DNA from: an uncultured delta proteobacterium
Lineage (GTDB): Bacteria; Desulfobacterota; Binatia; UBA9968
NCBI GenBank assembly: GCA_963816145.1
Contig: CAWFJP010000014.1
Span: 608,001-672,000 of the forward strand
Reading direction: 5' to 3'
Length of the DNA: 64,000 nt
The stretch's first letter is position 1. Each line of letters begins with the position of its first letter. Below the pieces are notes generated by a model, which saw only the letters and a list, made by a program, of their open reading frames with translations, did no database searches and was not told where the DNA came from. Made by a program: the position numbers and the translations under genes. This document shows positions 40,282 to 49,724 of this stretch, piece by piece.

Positions 40282-41568
40282 GTGGAAGAGCTGGCGGTTA
40301 ACAAAACTATCTTAGTTGTCGACGACGAAGACGACGTGCGCGAGTCGGTGCGCGAAGTGCTGCGCGACGAAGGTTACCGCGTCGTCGATACCGCCGACGG
40401 CACCCATGTGCTCGAATTGATCCGTCAGGAACGGCCCGAGTTGGTTTTGCTCGATATCTGGATGCCCCAAGTCGACGGCATCGGTTTGCTCAAGGAAATC
40501 AAGACTCAGGAGCCAGAGCTCAATGTCGTCATGGTGTCCGGCCATGGCAATATTCATACGGCGGTGACCGCGACCAAATTCGGCGCCTTTGATTTTCTCG
40601 AGAAGCCGGTTTCTCTAGAGGGCCTTCTATTAACCGTGCAGCGGGCCTTGGGCGAATCGTCGAGTTCGGCGGCCCAGCACAGCCGTGCCAAGAGTAAAGC
40701 CGGTGCGGCTAAGCGCGGTGCGGCGCCTGCGACGGCGACCCGAATCAAGCAAAAGACTTTAAAAAAAAGCGTCGTCTTGTCCGGCCAAGGGCTGCATTCG
40801 GGAGTGAAGACCGGATTGATCCTGCATCCGTTGCCGCCCAACAGCGGCATTCGTTTCACCGGCATTTCCGGCGAAGTGGCGGTGCCTGCGCACTTGGATT
40901 ATGTCGGCTCGACCGGCTATGCAACTTCATTGCGCACGCAAGGTTTCGCCGTCGGCACTGTCGAGCATTTGCTCGCCGTCCTGCACAGCTATGGGATTGG
41001 CAATCTGCTCATCAAAGTTCACGGTGAGGTGCCGATCCTCGACGGCTCGGCGCTGGAATTTTGCCAAGCCATCGATGAAGCGGGCATTCAGCTGGAAGAC
41101 GAGGAAGTCGCCGAGATCGTCATCAACCGCGCTTATCGGGTCGAAGCCAAGGGAGGCGAGTCCATCGCCATCGAACCGGCGGACGGTTTCTCGGTGCATT
41201 ACGAACTGCGTTATCCCAATCCAGTGGGCGAACAACAATACTTGTATCGTCACCACGGCGCCGAATCGTTTCGCGAGGAGATCGCACCGGCTCGGACCTT
41301 TGGCTTTCTCAAGGACATCGCCAAGCTTCAGACCATGGGGCTGGCCAACGGCGGACGGCTGAGTAATTTTATCTTGATCGACGACGAGAAGATTGTGAAC
41401 ACCGAGTTGCGCTTCGCCGACGAATTGGCGCGCCACAAGATTCTCGATATTCTCGGCGACTTCTATTTGCTCGGCAGACCGCTTCGCGGTGCGATCCGCG
41501 CGCGCATGACCGGCCACTCGGACAATATCGCGCTGTTGCGCAAGGTCCGCGAAGGCATGAAGCTGTGA
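40282..41568 (+). CDS. lpxC: Fusion: NtrX-type receiver domain plus UDP-3-O-acyl-GlcNAc deacetylase LpxC
   Basis: REC: ILVVDDE, LLDIWMP, SGHG, FLEKP. LpxC: QKTLK...GQGLHSG, TVEHLL, PILDGSA, IAPARTFGF, RHKILD..GD, GH. Confidence 0.92.
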   Translation: MEELAVNKTILVVDDEDDVRESVREVLRDEGYRVVDTADGTHVLELIRQERPELVLLDIWMPQVDGIGLLKEIKTQEPELNVVMVSGHGNIHTAVTATKFGAFDFLEKPVSLEGLLLTVQRALGESSSSAAQHSRAKSKAGAAKRGAAPATATRIKQKTLKKSVVLSGQGLHSGVKTGLILHPLPPNSGIRFTGISGEVAVPAHLDYVGSTGYATSLRTQGFAVGTVEHLLAVLHSYGIGNLLIKVHGEVPILDGSALEFCQAIDEAGIQLEDEEVAEIVINRAYRVEAKGGESIAIEPADGFSVHYELRYPNPVGEQQYLYRHHGAESFREEIAPARTFGFLKDIAKLQTMGLANGGRLSNFILIDDEKIVNTELRFADELARHKILDILGDFYLLGRPLRGAIRARMTGHSDNIALLRKVREGMKL

Positions 41569-41625
41569 CGGTCACTGAGCCGTGGATGATTGCTCGGCCC
41601 TCTGAGATTTTGCAGGACGCCTGAA

Positions 41626-42069
41626 ATGGACGCCAATTTTCCCCGACTGTTCACGGTTAACGAAGCCAACGGACTCTTGCCGATGTTACGGCCGCTGGTC
41701 GAGCAAATCCTGGAAAACATCCGGCGCTTGAAGGGTGTTAGCGAAACCGTGATCCGGCGCGAGCAACTTGACCCCGATGCGCCCAATCTGATGGAACGCT
41801 TGCGCGAGGACAAAGAGGTCTTGAAGCTGGTGACGCAAATCAAGGACTGGGTCGAGGCGATCAATGGCCATGGCTGCGTGTGCAAGGGCGTCGAACAGGG
41901 ATTGATCGATTTCCCGTGCATGCTCGGTTCCGAAGTGGTATTTCTCTGCTGGCAGATCGGCGAAGCCAACGTGGCGCACTATCATCGCATCGAAGACGGC
42001 TTCGCCGGGCGCAAGACTTTGCTCGACGATGGGAGCGCGGAGCCGGATAGTAAGATCTCCTATCACTGA
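41626..42069 (+). CDS. DUF2203 family protein
   Basis: FTVNEANGLLP, K....GLIDFP, VFLCW..GE....YH....GFAGR. Confidence 0.85.
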   Translation: MDANFPRLFTVNEANGLLPMLRPLVEQILENIRRLKGVSETVIRREQLDPDAPNLMERLREDKEVLKLVTQIKDWVEAINGHGCVCKGVEQGLIDFPCMLGSEVVFLCWQIGEANVAHYHRIEDGFAGRKTLLDDGSAEPDSKISYH

Positions 42070-42229
42070 GTGTGGCTGCCGATAGCGGTAATTCGGATTC
42101 GGATAATTCTCCCCCAAAGACGCCAAGGTCGGAATTGATGTCATTTCGACCGAAGGGAGAAATCTCGTTCTGTGCTCTCTGTGGTGAAAACTTTTTCCAA
42201 CATTCCGCCACTCTTGCTAGCCCGACTTA

Positions 42230-43396
42230 ATGAAATCCGCTCCCGACGCTGCACCTGAAATTCTTTCCACCAAGATCAAAGCCGCAGCGCAGCAATTGGG
42301 TTTCGATCTGGTCGGTATTTCACCGGTTCGGCTGCCGCCCCATGGCGAATCCTTCGCACGCTGGCTACGCGACGGCTTTGCCGGCGAGCTGGGTTACATG
42401 GGCCGGACGAAAGCGCTGCGCCGTGATCCTAATGAGCTCGTGCCTTGGGCGCAGTCGATTATTTCCGTCGGCATGAATTACTACACGCCCTACGCACGGT
42501 CTCAGAATCCAGCGGCCGCTGAAGGTTGGATTTCCCGCTACGCCTGGGGTTATGACTACCATGAACTCATCAAGGCGCGACTGGAGCAGTTGCTCGAAAC
42601 CATTCGAACTCTGTGCGACGGGAAAATCGAAGGGCGTGCCTTCGTCGATTCCGGCCCAGTGTTGGAACGAGACTTCGCCGGCGTCGCCGGCCTCGGTTGG
42701 ATCGGCAAGAACACCCATTTGATTTCGCCGCAACGGGGATCATGGTTTTTTTTGGGCGAACTGTTCGTCGATCTGCCACTGGCGCACGACCGGCCGATGC
42801 GTGACCGCTGCGGCCAATGCGACTTGTGTCTCAAAGCGTGCCCGACCAGCGCGTTTGCCGGACCTTATATTCTCGATGCGCGCCGCTGTATTTCTTATTT
42901 AACGATCGAACTCAAAGGCGCCATGCCGCGCCATCTGCGGTCGCTTGTGGGCAACCATATATTTGGCTGTGATATCTGCCAGGAAGTTTGCCCGTACAAT
43001 GTCAAATCGCAGGCAACGGCGGAGGCGGCGTTCGGGCCGCGCCCAGGCCTGTTCGCGCCGCAATTGATTCCTCTTCTATCATTGACCGACGCCGCGTTCC
43101 GCCAACGCTTCCGCGGCAGCCCGATCTTGCGCGCCAAACGGCGCGGCTTCTTGCGAAATGTCGCCGTGGCTTTGGGTAATTTGAAATCTCTGGAAGCCGT
43201 GCCGGCGTTGATTGCTTCGCTTGACGATGCAGAACCGTTAGTCCGTGGCCACGCAGGTTGGGCCTTGGGCGAGATCGGTTCGCAGGCCGCGGTCGAAGCG
43301 TTGCAGCGTCGTTTGCAGGTTGAAACCGACGACGAGGCGCGCGTGGAGATCGACGCAGCAATAAATCAGTTGCGCAAAGCCAGTGGGGAAGCGTAG
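42230..43396 (+). CDS. queG: tRNA epoxyqueuosine reductase
   Basis: ISRYAWG.DYH, VDSGPVLER, GWIGKN, CGQCDLCLKACPT, CISYLTIE, GCDICQEVCP, HEAT tail. Confidence 0.95.
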   Translation: MKSAPDAAPEILSTKIKAAAQQLGFDLVGISPVRLPPHGESFARWLRDGFAGELGYMGRTKALRRDPNELVPWAQSIISVGMNYYTPYARSQNPAAAEGWISRYAWGYDYHELIKARLEQLLETIRTLCDGKIEGRAFVDSGPVLERDFAGVAGLGWIGKNTHLISPQRGSWFFLGELFVDLPLAHDRPMRDRCGQCDLCLKACPTSAFAGPYILDARRCISYLTIELKGAMPRHLRSLVGNHIFGCDICQEVCPYNVKSQATAEAAFGPRPGLFAPQLIPLLSLTDAAFRQRFRGSPILRAKRRGFLRNVAVALGNLKSLEAVPALIASLDDAEPLVRGHAGWALGEIGSQAAVEALQRRLQVETDDEARVEIDAAINQLRKASGEA

Positions 43397-43977
43397 CGCG
43401 AGATAGCGTCTTGTGCTCTGTTGATCGACTTGACCCGTGATCTTGCACATCGGTGAGCCGGGGGCGCAATCGACTTCGGCAGGAGGCAGATCTGAACAAA
43501 CGGCTAGGGGAGGTTGTTGCGGAGATTGACGAGAGTCGACGCCTTAAGTCAAGATGTGACCATAATTCTTGGCCCTATCCCTCCCGGGAAATTTGTAAGC
43601 TGTGCGATCGCTCGAACTGAGGTTATCACCCTGTTGCAACGGAAATGGCTAAGCGGTCAGTGTGGAGGTTAATGGGTGCGCTTTGCATTTTCCCGATCTT
43701 TTGGTGTGCGGCTGCAACGCTGCCGAAACCACCAGCGGAATGTCGGAGGCGATGGCTTCAACGGTTGCTTGTCACCAATTCATTATCAAGTATTCCCCGC
43801 AGCGAATTTCTGATGTGTTTTAGTGTCGCAACGCTGAATCATCCCTGACGAAAGTAGCCATCCGGGATATGAAGGTTTAACGGCAAAATGTTTCGCGTCG
43901 TGCTACTCGACAGTGTGTTCGATCGCTAATGGTGGTACACCTTCGTGGGAATACGTAAATGACGTGAGGAGACAAAA

Positions 43978-44580
43978 ATGCGCGAGATATTGACAGGCAT
44001 TTTCACTTGGCCATGGTTTTCCGAACCGCATGGTTACAATTTTAACGGTCACTTCATTCAGCACGTCAGTGGCAATCTGTGCGTTGATCCCGTTGATCCT
44101 AGTGACGCCGACTTGGACGAAATGGCGCGGCAGGGCGTCGCGCGTATTCTCATCACCAATCGTAATCACTCAAGATCGGCGAACAAGATTCGCGCGCGCA
44201 CAGGGGCGCGGACGGCGATGCATCCGGCAGATGCGCCGCACGCACGCAAAGAGGGTGCGCTGTTGGACGACGAATTGAACCCAAGCGACAAGGTCGGGCC
44301 GTTCGTGGTGATCGACTCGCCGGGGAAGTCTTTAGGAGAAGTGGTTTTGCACTGGCCGGAGCGAAAAATTCTGCTGGTTGGCGATGCGCTGGTAGGCGAT
44401 CCGCCGGGAATGTGCAAGCTTCTGCCGGACAAAGTAGTCGACGATCCGGCGCGCTTTCGCGACAGCGCGCGCAGCCTACTCGACCTCGACTTCGATATCT
44501 TATTGGTTGGCGACGGTGTGCCGATTCTGCAATCTGCTAAAGAACAACTGCGGGCATTGGTAGAGACGTTTCCGCGGTGA
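43978..44580 (+). CDS. MBL-fold protein with a non-canonical metal motif
   Basis: ILITNRNH in place of HxHxDH, PGKSLGE, VGDAL, LVGDG; AGGAG RBS. Confidence 0.7.
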   Translation: MREILTGIFTWPWFSEPHGYNFNGHFIQHVSGNLCVDPVDPSDADLDEMARQGVARILITNRNHSRSANKIRARTGARTAMHPADAPHARKEGALLDDELNPSDKVGPFVVIDSPGKSLGEVVLHWPERKILLVGDALVGDPPGMCKLLPDKVVDDPARFRDSARSLLDLDFDILLVGDGVPILQSAKEQLRALVETFPR

Positions 44581-44666
44581 TCCTCCGTTGGTTTGGAAAT
44601 CGCCGACGTTGCCGTGCCACCGGATGTCGACACGGTGATCGCAGATTTGCATTGCAAATCGCCGGT

Positions 44667-45095
44667 TTAGTCCTGGCGCTTTTGGATTGCTAGTTGGACG
44701 GCATCGGCGAGCATCTTCGGAATTCGTTTCAATTGCCCGTCGCGATCGATGCAGGCGTGTTTGGTCGATCCGGTGGCGAGGACGAGGTGGTCGGCTTGGC
44801 GGGAAATTTTGTATTCAAACATCAGATAGACCCGGCTCAGTTCAACTAATGTCGTGGCGATCTCGATGACATCGTCGTAGCGCGCCGATTGGGCATAGCG
44901 GCAGGCGACTTCCGCCACGGGAAAGTGGAAGCCCGCCGCTTCGATCTTGGCGTAGGGTAGGCCGATCTCGCGCAGGAATTCCGAACGGCCGCGTTCGAAC
45001 CAGCGCAGGTAGTTGGCGTAATAGACCACGCCCATTTGATCGGTGTCACCGTAGATCACCCGATAATTCGTGATGTTGGTTAAGTTTATCGTCAT
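44667..45095 (-). CDS. YbgC/FadM-family acyl-CoA thioesterase
   Basis: YGDTDQMGVVYYANYLRWFERGR. Confidence 0.9.
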   Translation of the reverse strand: MTINLTNITNYRVIYGDTDQMGVVYYANYLRWFERGRSEFLREIGLPYAKIEAAGFHFPVAEVACRYAQSARYDDVIEIATTLVELSRVYLMFEYKISRQADHLVLATGSTKHACIDRDGQLKRIPKMLADAVQLAIQKRQD

Positions 45096-45250
45096 GTAAT
45101 CGCCAAAGTAATTCTTTTTGCCGTGTTTCTCAAAGCGGAGTTGGGGCCGTCGCCTTGACAATTCGAAGTGAAGTATGTTTTAAGCTGAAGAAATCGCTGC
45201 GATTTTCTTGATACAATAATTTTGATTTTTGGGCTTGAGGAGGAAAGCGA

Positions 45251-45718
45251 ATGAATAAGTTAGTTCAATGTGCATCTTGGTCGGGCGGAGTGGTACTTGC
45301 GAGTTTGATCGTGTTTGCTTGCAGCTCGGTGGATGAGAAACCGGCTGCACCAGCGCCAAAACCGGCCGCGGCCGCACCGGCGGCGAAACCGCCTGCTGCG
45401 GCACCAGCACCGGCACCGGCAAAAACCGAAGCGGTGAAGGCGACCAAGACCAAGGCCGTTGAAGTTGAAGGCGTGATCAGCGCGGTTGGCCAACGGACGA
45501 TCACATTCCAGATGGAGCGCAAGGGTAAAGTGCGCGAAGAAGTCGTCGGTGTCGATGACAAAACCAAGATCGAAAAAGGCGGCGCCAATGTGAAGCTTAG
45601 CGATCTGGCAGCCACGGACAAAGGGATGATCAATTACGAACCTGACGCGTATACGCCGGCGCTTGGGATCAAGATTACCGGCAAAGGCGAGATTAAAAAG
45701 GTCGGCGGCGACGATTAG
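45251..45718 (+). CDS. Lipoprotein with Pro/Ala-rich linker and a small beta (OB-like) domain
   Basis: Lipobox VFAC; PAAPAPKPAAAAP; EGVISAV...VDDKTKI...LSDL; GAGGAGG RBS. Confidence 0.7.
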   Translation: MNKLVQCASWSGGVVLASLIVFACSSVDEKPAAPAPKPAAAAPAAKPPAAAPAPAPAKTEAVKATKTKAVEVEGVISAVGQRTITFQMERKGKVREEVVGVDDKTKIEKGGANVKLSDLAATDKGMINYEPDAYTPALGIKITGKGEIKKVGGDD

Positions 45719-46617
45719 GTGCGGTAACGATCGGCGCGATCGCCGCCGATCACTTCGATATCGACGGCTTCGTCATCGCGAATCACTCTAAACAAGATCC
45801 GTTCTCCCGGACGCTTTTTCCACATCTCATGATAAAGCTCCTGGCGGGAACGGATCTTGTTGTTTTCAACCGATAAGATCACATCGCCGGCCTTGAGGCC
45901 GCTTTTCGCCGCCGGTCCGTTGCCGGTGACATTGCCGATCACCACCAGGCCCGCGACGCCCTGCGTGTAGATTCCCAACCAGGGTCGTCGCGCCCGGCTG
46001 CGCACCTGGCCATACTGCTTGAGCTCTTGCTCATAGGTTCGGTAGTATTCGATCGGGATCGCCATAGTGAACTTGCCGACCTCGTTCAAGTTCAGCGAGA
46101 CGATGCCGGCCAGTTCGCCGCGAAAGTTAGCCAACGTGCCGCCGCCGAAACCGGGATTGAAAGCGGTGACGCGGATCGACTTATCTATCATGTATTCCCA
46201 TTCGCCGTCGTAACCGGCCAAGGAGCTGACATAGCCGCCGCTAACGCGCCGGCCGTTTTTGCCGCTGCTGGCGATCATGACCACCTCTTGTCCGAGCTTT
46301 AGCGAGTCGGGCGCCGCTAATTTTAGAAAGGGGAGATCGCGTCCGGGGATTTTGACCAGCGAGAGACCCGACTCTTGGTCCTGCGCCACGACTTGTCCCG
46401 GATATTCTTCGCCATCCGGTAGGGTGACGGTGATTGACGCGGCGCCGATGGTGACATAGTGAACCGTGAGGACGTAACCACTAGGATCGATGATTGTCCC
46501 CGATCCGACCCGTTCGGCGCCGAGGTTGCGCGCCGAGGGGTGGCTTTCCGGTATGGTCACTTGCAGATCAACCGTTGCCGGTATGATCGAATGAATCAAT
46601 CCGATATGGCCGTTCAA
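45715..46617 (-). CDS. S1C/HtrA-like trypsin plus PDZ protein with degenerate catalytic triad
   Basis: GSGTII...GYVLTVHYV, NPGFGGG (canonical NPGNSGG), PWLGI, GPAAKSGLKAGDVI. Confidence 0.8.
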   Translation of the reverse strand: MNGHIGLIHSIIPATVDLQVTIPESHPSARNLGAERVGSGTIIDPSGYVLTVHYVTIGAASITVTLPDGEEYPGQVVAQDQESGLSLVKIPGRDLPFLKLAAPDSLKLGQEVVMIASSGKNGRRVSGGYVSSLAGYDGEWEYMIDKSIRVTAFNPGFGGGTLANFRGELAGIVSLNLNEVGKFTMAIPIEYYRTYEQELKQYGQVRSRARRPWLGIYTQGVAGLVVIGNVTGNGPAAKSGLKAGDVILSVENNKIRSRQELYHEMWKKRPGERILFRVIRDDEAVDIEVIGGDRADRYRT

Positions 46618-47612
46618 AGTACTGCTCCTTCATTGCACATGCTCGGTAAGCTAGTCCGAATCTCCGGTTTTGTATAGAGCCGGCCTTGCCAAGCGTCGCG
46701 CCACATCAATTGCCGATGGATCGTGTTGTGCATGCCGCGCTTGTCGACGGACCAAGCCGGAGCAACTGTGATGGTGCGTTGCGCTTCGGCGGAGAGCCGG
46801 TGCATGACGATTTCGGGATTCAAGCGTTCGAGAAAGTCCACCACCAGCGCGGCATAGTCCTCTTGGCTTAACAGCGGCACGGCGCCGGCAAGGTAGTATT
46901 TTTCTAGCACGGTATTTTTCAGTACATGAAGATTGTGCAGCTTAACTCCGTCGATACCGAGCCGATTAAAAAATACCGCGGTCTCCAGGATCTCGTCGCG
47001 GCTTTCGCCGGGAAACCCAAGGATAAGATGCGTGCAGATTCTTAAGCCGCGGCCCTGGGCGCGCTGGACGGCATCGATATATTGCGCCAAGTCATGGCCG
47101 CGATTGATCCAGCGTAATGTCCGGTCGCGCATGGATTCCAGTCCAAGCTCAAGCCAGAGATAAGTTTGCCGCGCTAGCCGAGCTAAGAGCTCGAGTGTTT
47201 CGTCGGCCAGACAGTCCGGCCGGGTGGCGACGGCGAGTCCGATGACGCCCGGGAATGCCAAGGCTTCGCGATAGAGTTGTTCCAAGCGGTCCACCGTATC
47301 ATAGGTATTCGTATAACTCTGAAAGTAGGCGATGAAGCGTTCGGCATGGTGGCGCCGGCGGATCACCTCAGCGCCTTGTTCGAGTTGCTCGGTCACCGAC
47401 ATGCGCGGCCGATAGTTTGCCGGTGTATGGCTCGAGTTGTTGCAGTAGATGCAGCCGCCCACCGCGACCGTGCCGTCGCGATTGGGGCAGGTGAAGTCAA
47501 GCCGCAGGCCGATCTTGTAGACTCTGGCGTCGAAGCCGTCGCGCAGCACACGATTGAAGGAGTTGAACCGCTTGCCATGCCAGAGGGTTTGAAGATGGGC
47601 GGGAAAATTCAT
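46614..47612 (-). CDS. TIGR01212 (YhcC-family) radical SAM protein
   Basis: FTCPNRDG....GGCIYC, AYFQSYTNTY, TRPDC, ELGLES, HLILG.PGE, KLH.LHV. Confidence 0.92.
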   Translation of the reverse strand: MNFPAHLQTLWHGKRFNSFNRVLRDGFDARVYKIGLRLDFTCPNRDGTVAVGGCIYCNNSSHTPANYRPRMSVTEQLEQGAEVIRRRHHAERFIAYFQSYTNTYDTVDRLEQLYREALAFPGVIGLAVATRPDCLADETLELLARLARQTYLWLELGLESMRDRTLRWINRGHDLAQYIDAVQRAQGRGLRICTHLILGFPGESRDEILETAVFFNRLGIDGVKLHNLHVLKNTVLEKYYLAGAVPLLSQEDYAALVVDFLERLNPEIVMHRLSAEAQRTITVAPAWSVDKRGMHNTIHRQLMWRDAWQGRLYTKPEIRTSLPSMCNEGAVL

Positions 47613-47815
47613 GGGCTGGACAAAAAAGGGTTAACAAAATGACGGGGATTTCACAAGCCGATGGCCGCTCGCGTTAGGTACTCGGTCCGATTCGGCGCTT
47701 GCCGTGGAAGTGCTGAATAAATCATGCACTTTTGAACCACTGGCAGGCCCGTCGGCTTGACATCCTGGGCGATTGCCGATATTGAATAACTTTAAAACGG
47801 CCCGCATTATCGCCG

Positions 47816-48352
47816 ATGAAAATCTCCATCGACGAGATTCCTCAAACCCCCAAAGAGATCGCATTCTCCGAAAGTGTTGAGGAACTCAATAAAATTTATA
47901 GCCAAAGCAGCAATCGTGAGTTTGGCTTTCCAGCGTCCTTGGAGGTCGAACTCCGCTACTATCGTGCGGCGGCGGACTTGTTTTTCGACGGCCGCATTAG
48001 CGGAGAATTGCGCGCTGTCTGTGGCCGGTGTGCCGAAGATTATCTGTTTCGTATGGATCAGCCCTTCGAGTTTGTGCTGATCCCGGGCCCGGCTAAAGCT
48101 GAGCGCAAAGCCGAGGAGCTGCATCGCGATGATTTGGGTTTGAGTTATTACTCGGGAGACGAGATCGATCTGGCGCCGTTGATCGCCGAGCAGGTGATAC
48201 TGGCATTGCCGACGCAACCGTTGTGCGCGGAAAATTGCCGCGGCTTGTGCGCGAGCTGCGGCACCAATCTCAATCGTGAAAGCTGCTCCTGCGCATCGCC
48301 CAAGGGGGATCCGCGCATGGCGGTTTTTCGAACGTTAAAAGTGGGACGTTGA
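47816..48352 (+). CDS. yceD: DUF177/YceD family protein
   Basis: CGRC, EIDL, LALP..PLC...CRGLC..CG, DPR; upstream of rpmF. Confidence 0.9.
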   Translation: MKISIDEIPQTPKEIAFSESVEELNKIYSQSSNREFGFPASLEVELRYYRAAADLFFDGRISGELRAVCGRCAEDYLFRMDQPFEFVLIPGPAKAERKAEELHRDDLGLSYYSGDEIDLAPLIAEQVILALPTQPLCAENCRGLCASCGTNLNRESCSCASPKGDPRMAVFRTLKVGR

Positions 48353-48404
48353 AATATTTTCAATATAGCTGCCGCTCGAGGCAGAGAAAGATAGGACGAA
48401 TCAA

Positions 48405-48587
48405 ATGCCGGTACCGAAAAGACGCACTTCGAAGCGGGTGAAGAACCAACGCCGTGCCCATGACCATCTGACCAAGCCGCAGTGGAGCGCCTGCGCCAAC
48501 TGTGGCGAGACGGTATTGCCCCATCGCGCCTGCGCTCACTGCGGCTTTTATCGTGGCCGCGCCGTGATTCAAGCTGAAAATAGCTAA
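48405..48587 (+). CDS. rpmF: 50S ribosomal protein L32
   Basis: [10 protein letters not shown]...RRAH...CANCG...PHRAC..CGFY. Confidence 0.97.
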   Translation: MPVPKRRTSKRVKNQRRAHDHLTKPQWSACANCGETVLPHRACAHCGFYRGRAVIQAENS

Positions 48588-48605
48588 ATTTCAATTCCGC
48601 CAGCT

Positions 48606-49724
48606 ATGCCGAAAATCGCCGTCGACGCGATGGGCGGAGACCGAGCCCCAGGAGTTGTGATCGAAGGGGTCTTGCTTGCCCGCCAGGAGCTCGGCGCGGA
48701 AATCGTCCTGGTCGGTCCGGCTGAAGTCGTCGCGGCTGAACTCGCCAAACATCCCGGTGCGCCTCAAATAGCCATAGCCCCGGCATCGCAAGTGGTGCCG
48801 ATGCATGAGTCTCCCAGCGTCGCCTTGCGCAAAAAAGATTCGTCGATGCGGGTCGCCTTTGACCTGATGAAGCGTGGCGACGCCGATGCGGTGGTCAGCG
48901 CGGGAAATTCCGGGGCTATGATGGCACTTGGTATGTTTGTTATGGGCACGCTTTCCCAAGTGGTGCGGCCGGCGATTCTCGTCGTGGTTCCGAGCATGGG
49001 CGAGGGCACGGTGATTGTCGATGCCGGTGCCAACGTCGATTGTAAACCTAAACATCTGTTGCAATTTGGCCTCATGGGCTCGATCTATGCCGAAAGCGTC
49101 CTAGGTGTGGACAGGCCGCGTGTCGGCGTGTTGAGCAATGGCGAGGAGCCGAGTAAGGGCACGGAATTGACCCGTGCCGCCAGCGCGCTGTTAGAGGCGA
49201 CTGCGCTGAACTATGTCGGCTATGTCGAGGGGCGGGATATTTTTAACGACAACGTGGATGTCGTCGTGTGCGACGGCTTCACCGGCAATGTCGCGCTCAA
49301 GACCATGGAAGGGGTGGCAAGTTTTGCCAGTGACGTCCTCAAGGGCGCGTTTGAAAAAAATCTTTCCAGTAAGGTCGGCTACTTGATGAGCCGAAACTCG
49401 CTGCGGGCGGCCTATCGTAAATTGGATTATGCCGAGTACGGCGGCGCACCGCTGATCGGTTTGGACGGTGTAGCGATCGTCGCTCATGGCGGCTCCAGTC
49501 CGTTGGCGGTGAAGAGCGCGATTCGCCTGGCATGCGACGCCGTCAACCATGAGATGAATCGTCGCATTGCAACGGCTTTGGGCGACACCGATGGCGGTGA
49601 CGACGGCAAGAAAGAGGGCCTGCCGCACAAGCTCTGGGCTCGCCTCAAATCGAAAATAGATTCCATCGGTGACAAGCCCGATCCTGAGGTTGGCACAGGT
49701 AAGCGGAGGAGCGGTGGCGAGTAG
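48606..49724 (+). CDS. plsX: Phosphate acyltransferase PlsX
   Basis: IAVDAMGGD.AP, SAGNSGA, DAGANVD, NGEE..KG, DGFTGN..LK, GGAPL.G. Confidence 0.95.
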   Translation: MPKIAVDAMGGDRAPGVVIEGVLLARQELGAEIVLVGPAEVVAAELAKHPGAPQIAIAPASQVVPMHESPSVALRKKDSSMRVAFDLMKRGDADAVVSAGNSGAMMALGMFVMGTLSQVVRPAILVVVPSMGEGTVIVDAGANVDCKPKHLLQFGLMGSIYAESVLGVDRPRVGVLSNGEEPSKGTELTRAASALLEATALNYVGYVEGRDIFNDNVDVVVCDGFTGNVALKTMEGVASFASDVLKGAFEKNLSSKVGYLMSRNSLRAAYRKLDYAEYGGAPLIGLDGVAIVAHGGSSPLAVKSAIRLACDAVNHEMNRRIATALGDTDGGDDGKKEGLPHKLWARLKSKIDSIGDKPDPEVGTGKRRSGGE

